A DNA stretch of 64,000 nucleotides from a virus: the IMG/VR virus record IMGVR_UViG_3300000176_000001; one strand, written 5' to 3'. This document shows positions 61,596 to 64,000 of this stretch, one piece after another. Numbering within the stretch: position 1 is the stretch's first letter; each line of letters begins with the position of its first letter. The notes below the pieces were generated by a model. The model worked only from the letters and a program-made list of their open reading frames with translations, made no database searches and was not told the DNA's origin. Made by a program: the position numbers and the translations under genes.

Positions 61596-64000
61596 TCATG
61601 GACCACCATTATCGCCGCCCTCGGGGTCAGTTTTTCCTGTATCAGTTGAATCTGATATTATCTTTTCAGCAACAGTTTGCGATGTAACATTATCATCTTT
61701 TACAGTTTCAGCAACCTTATCTGCCGCTTGCGCGGCGTCTTGCGCGGCGAGTGTCGTCGTGAGAAGTTTTAGTGCATCACTATCTGAGATTCCAATTTCA
61801 TTTGTATTTTGAACCTCGACTGTATTATTTTGAACATCATTACAATTACACATATCATTTTTATTAACCCATGATCCATCAGGGCATTGTACCATAAAAT
61901 TGTGATTAGGACTAACATCGGTAATATTAGTAGTATTAGCAGTAGTAATTGTGTTTGCGTCATTATTATTAATAATCACCACTCTAGTATTTGCCAGAGG
62001 CGCGGCTGTCACCTTTACTGACACTGCAGTATTACTGGTCACGGAGTGTACTACTTGACTATCTCCAACAGTTGTACTTATAACCTCAGCTTCTCTCGTA
62101 TTAAGAATTTCAGCACCCTTGGATATAGATATATTTGATCCATAAAAATTACCAACAGCTGAAGTAGTAATAGCATCTGCTCCAGTTACTGGATCGGGCA
62201 CATCAACCAACTTAAACTCAATAGTAGTAGATGTAAAAGTTTTTGCAGGTATTAAAAACGCAGCGTACAGAGTTCCAGTAGAGTCAGTGATAAGAGGCGA
62301 TCCGCCTATCGCATCTTGTTTTTTTATTGCAGTTACTTGATTTTGACCAGGAACTGAGTTATCTTTAACAGTTATTGAGCTTTTAGTGTTACCATCGCCA
62401 TATGCTGTTGATGAATTTGTACCACCAGTTCCTTGAGTTGTATTTACATATCCATCTAGAGGCATAACACACGAGTTAACGTCTATATCATTTGCAAAGG
62501 CATATACCCTTGTATTTGGCTTAAGCCCAGTAGCAGTTAGATATGTTGTCATAGATTTAATATATGGTAATATGCTTAAATCTGTGACAAATGTTCCTAA
62601 ATTATAACTATTATTTGTTACCGTAACACCAAGTTGTGTTCCAGTTCTCGTCTGCGTCGCGTCTGTCGTAGTAGTTGTTGTAGTATTATATGTATCAGTA
62701 ACATTTCCATACTGATCCGTAGATGTTGCTGTTTTGGTAGCATCTCCAGTGGTAGAATTTGTTGCTGTATCAGTTGTAGTCCAATTATCCCACTTAGTTC
62801 CAAATGCCGTTGCTATATTAACAAAGTTAGAGGCTAAGTCAAGATTTGTGGTCACATCTGGAGACTTAGTTATATCAGGTGAGAAGTCACCGGTTGGGTT
62901 AAAATCAATTCTTCCAGTATAATGATATATATTTCCTTCTATGCAATTTCTATACTTAGATGCAAATGGCTGACTTATATAAGGAACTTCATTATAGTCC
63001 AGGAGAACTAGCTCACCGACACTGACGACATTTTGGCTTTGCGTAGCATCAAAGACTATAGGAATGGCTGTTTGTGAGAACTTCGGTCTCATATTTTCTA
63101 CTGGTTCTATCGATATATTATATGCAGGATCTTTTGTATTTCCTATATCATGTCCCTTAAATGGATCAACTAAAATTCCATTTTGAAATCTATTTTGCCC
63201 AGTATTATCGGAGCGAACCAATAAGCTAGAAGCTGATTTTTCTAATAGTGACAATGAAGTATAATATTCTAAACGATCTATTCGATTATTGATAGCTCCA
63301 ATATCCTTCATTGTATATCTTTTATTTTGAGTCATAGAAGTAGTAATAGCATAGTCATATCTATCGATATTTTTTGCATACTTTGAACTCAATGAAGGAT
63401 ATGGTGGAACATTAATAATACCGATACCCATAGAACCATTTGGCTCAAGAGGCGCTGCAGGTGTATTTGATGGTATACCCTCTACAACAATTAGATCTCC
63501 GTTTTGTCTTATTACGGCTCTATCTTTTCTTCCTAGATAGTGCTGAAGATCGGATTCAAAATTACCATCCGGAGTTGGTATATAACTAGATGTATCAACA
63601 TAAAAATTTAAATCGCTAGATGGATTAATAGTTGCATATGAAGCCCAATTAGTACTATTAGCACTGATATTTGCAGTATTATTAGCAAATGGTCTAAAAT
63701 CTATACAGTCTCTAAGATCAAAAGTCGAAGGATTTCCTTTATACTGCGGTATCATTTCGGTTTTTATAGAATTAGTATTTGCAGTATTAGTGTCGTCAAC
63801 AGGATATGAGTTAGCAGTAAAGAATCCAACCCCCTGTGACATATCAAAAGAGAACACATCCATATCAACTAATATTCTAGAAGTACTATTAAGTGGAATG
63901 CCGGCAGATATTAGATAAGAGAGACCATAATACGAGTCTGTCTGGCCTGTTGTATATCTAAATTTATCAACGACATCTGCTACAGTGTTAGAGAAAAACG
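61596..64000 (-). CDS. large virion structural protein (DUF4815/VrlC-like), 5' end outside the window
   Basis: LRDCIDFRP, YLGRKD, KRYTMKDIG...RI.RLEYYTSLSLLE, RF.NG.LVD.F. The frame stays open from 63863 to the window end (...FRYTTGQTDSYYGL...). Confidence 0.85.
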   Translation of the reverse strand, partial: FFSNTVADVVDKFRYTTGQTDSYYGLSYLISAGIPLNSTSRILVDMDVFSFDMSQGVGFFTANSYPVDDTNTANTNSIKTEMIPQYKGNPSTFDLRDCIDFRPFANNTANISANSTNWASYATINPSSDLNFYVDTSSYIPTPDGNFESDLQHYLGRKDRAVIRQNGDLIVVEGIPSNTPAAPLEPNGSMGIGIINVPPYPSLSSKYAKNIDRYDYAITTSMTQNKRYTMKDIGAINNRIDRLEYYTSLSLLEKSASSLLVRSDNTGQNRFQNGILVDPFKGHDIGNTKDPAYNISIEPVENMRPKFSQTAIPIVFDATQSQNVVSVGELVLLDYNEVPYISQPFASKYRNCIEGNIYHYTGRIDFNPTGDFSPDITKSPDVTTNLDLASNFVNIATAFGTKWDNWTTTDTATNSTTGDATKTATSTDQYGNVTDTYNTTTTTTTDATQTRTGTQLGVTVTNNSYNLGTFVTDLSILPYIKSMTTYLTATGLKPNTRVYAFANDIDVNSCVMPLDGYVNTTQGTGGTNSSTAYGDGNTKSSITVKDNSVPGQNQVTAIKKQDAIGGSPLITDSTGTLYAAFLIPAKTFTSTTIEFKLVDVPDPVTGADAITTSAVGNFYGSNISISKGAEILNTREAEVISTTVGDSQVVHSVTSNTAVSVKVTAAPLANTRVVIINNNDANTITTANTTNITDVSPNHNFMVQCPDGSWVNKNDMCNCNDVQNNTVEVQNTNEIGISDSDALKLLTTTLAAQDAAQAADKVAETVKDDNVTSQTVAEKIISDSTDTGKTDPEGGDNGGP

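Noticed and set aside
1-64000. Alternative genetic code or stop-codon reassignment
   Set aside because: Core genes translate full length in the standard bacterial code and all three stop codons terminate genes; no suppressor tRNA was seen.

Overview
A 64-kb segment of a large T4-like (Tevenvirinae-related) myophage genome. Essentially all genes lie on the minus strand. Left to right: (i) a tRNA/ncRNA cluster (tRNA-Lys, -Tyr, -His, a partial fourth tRNA and several unexplained structured RNAs); (ii) regA and gp62/44/45; (iii) a ~7-kb DNA-modification island; (iv) a DenV-like glycosylase, peptide deformylase, gp46/47, gp55, uvsW/uvsY; (v) the head/tail module gp3, 23, 22, 21, 20, 19, 18, 17, 16, 15, 14, 13; (vi) ~30 kb of Asn/Thr/Ser/Ala-rich fibre and virion proteins. 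The tRNA-His lacks G-1 and has A73, which points to an alphaproteobacterial host. The main candidate for a new system is the modification island. It pairs a T4 gp42-type dCMP hydroxymethylase and a DenB (Endo IV)-like nuclease, implying a 5hmC genome, with enzymes otherwise known from thymidine hypermodification (amino-acid:DNA transferase and a PLP enzyme). It also encodes an apparent chimera of a beta-glucosyltransferase-like N-terminal domain and an SGNH acyl-hydrolase/transferase domain. Together these suggest an uncharacterised amino-acid/acyl hypermodification of cytosine. All homology calls come from motif recognition and remembered reference sequences, not database searches.
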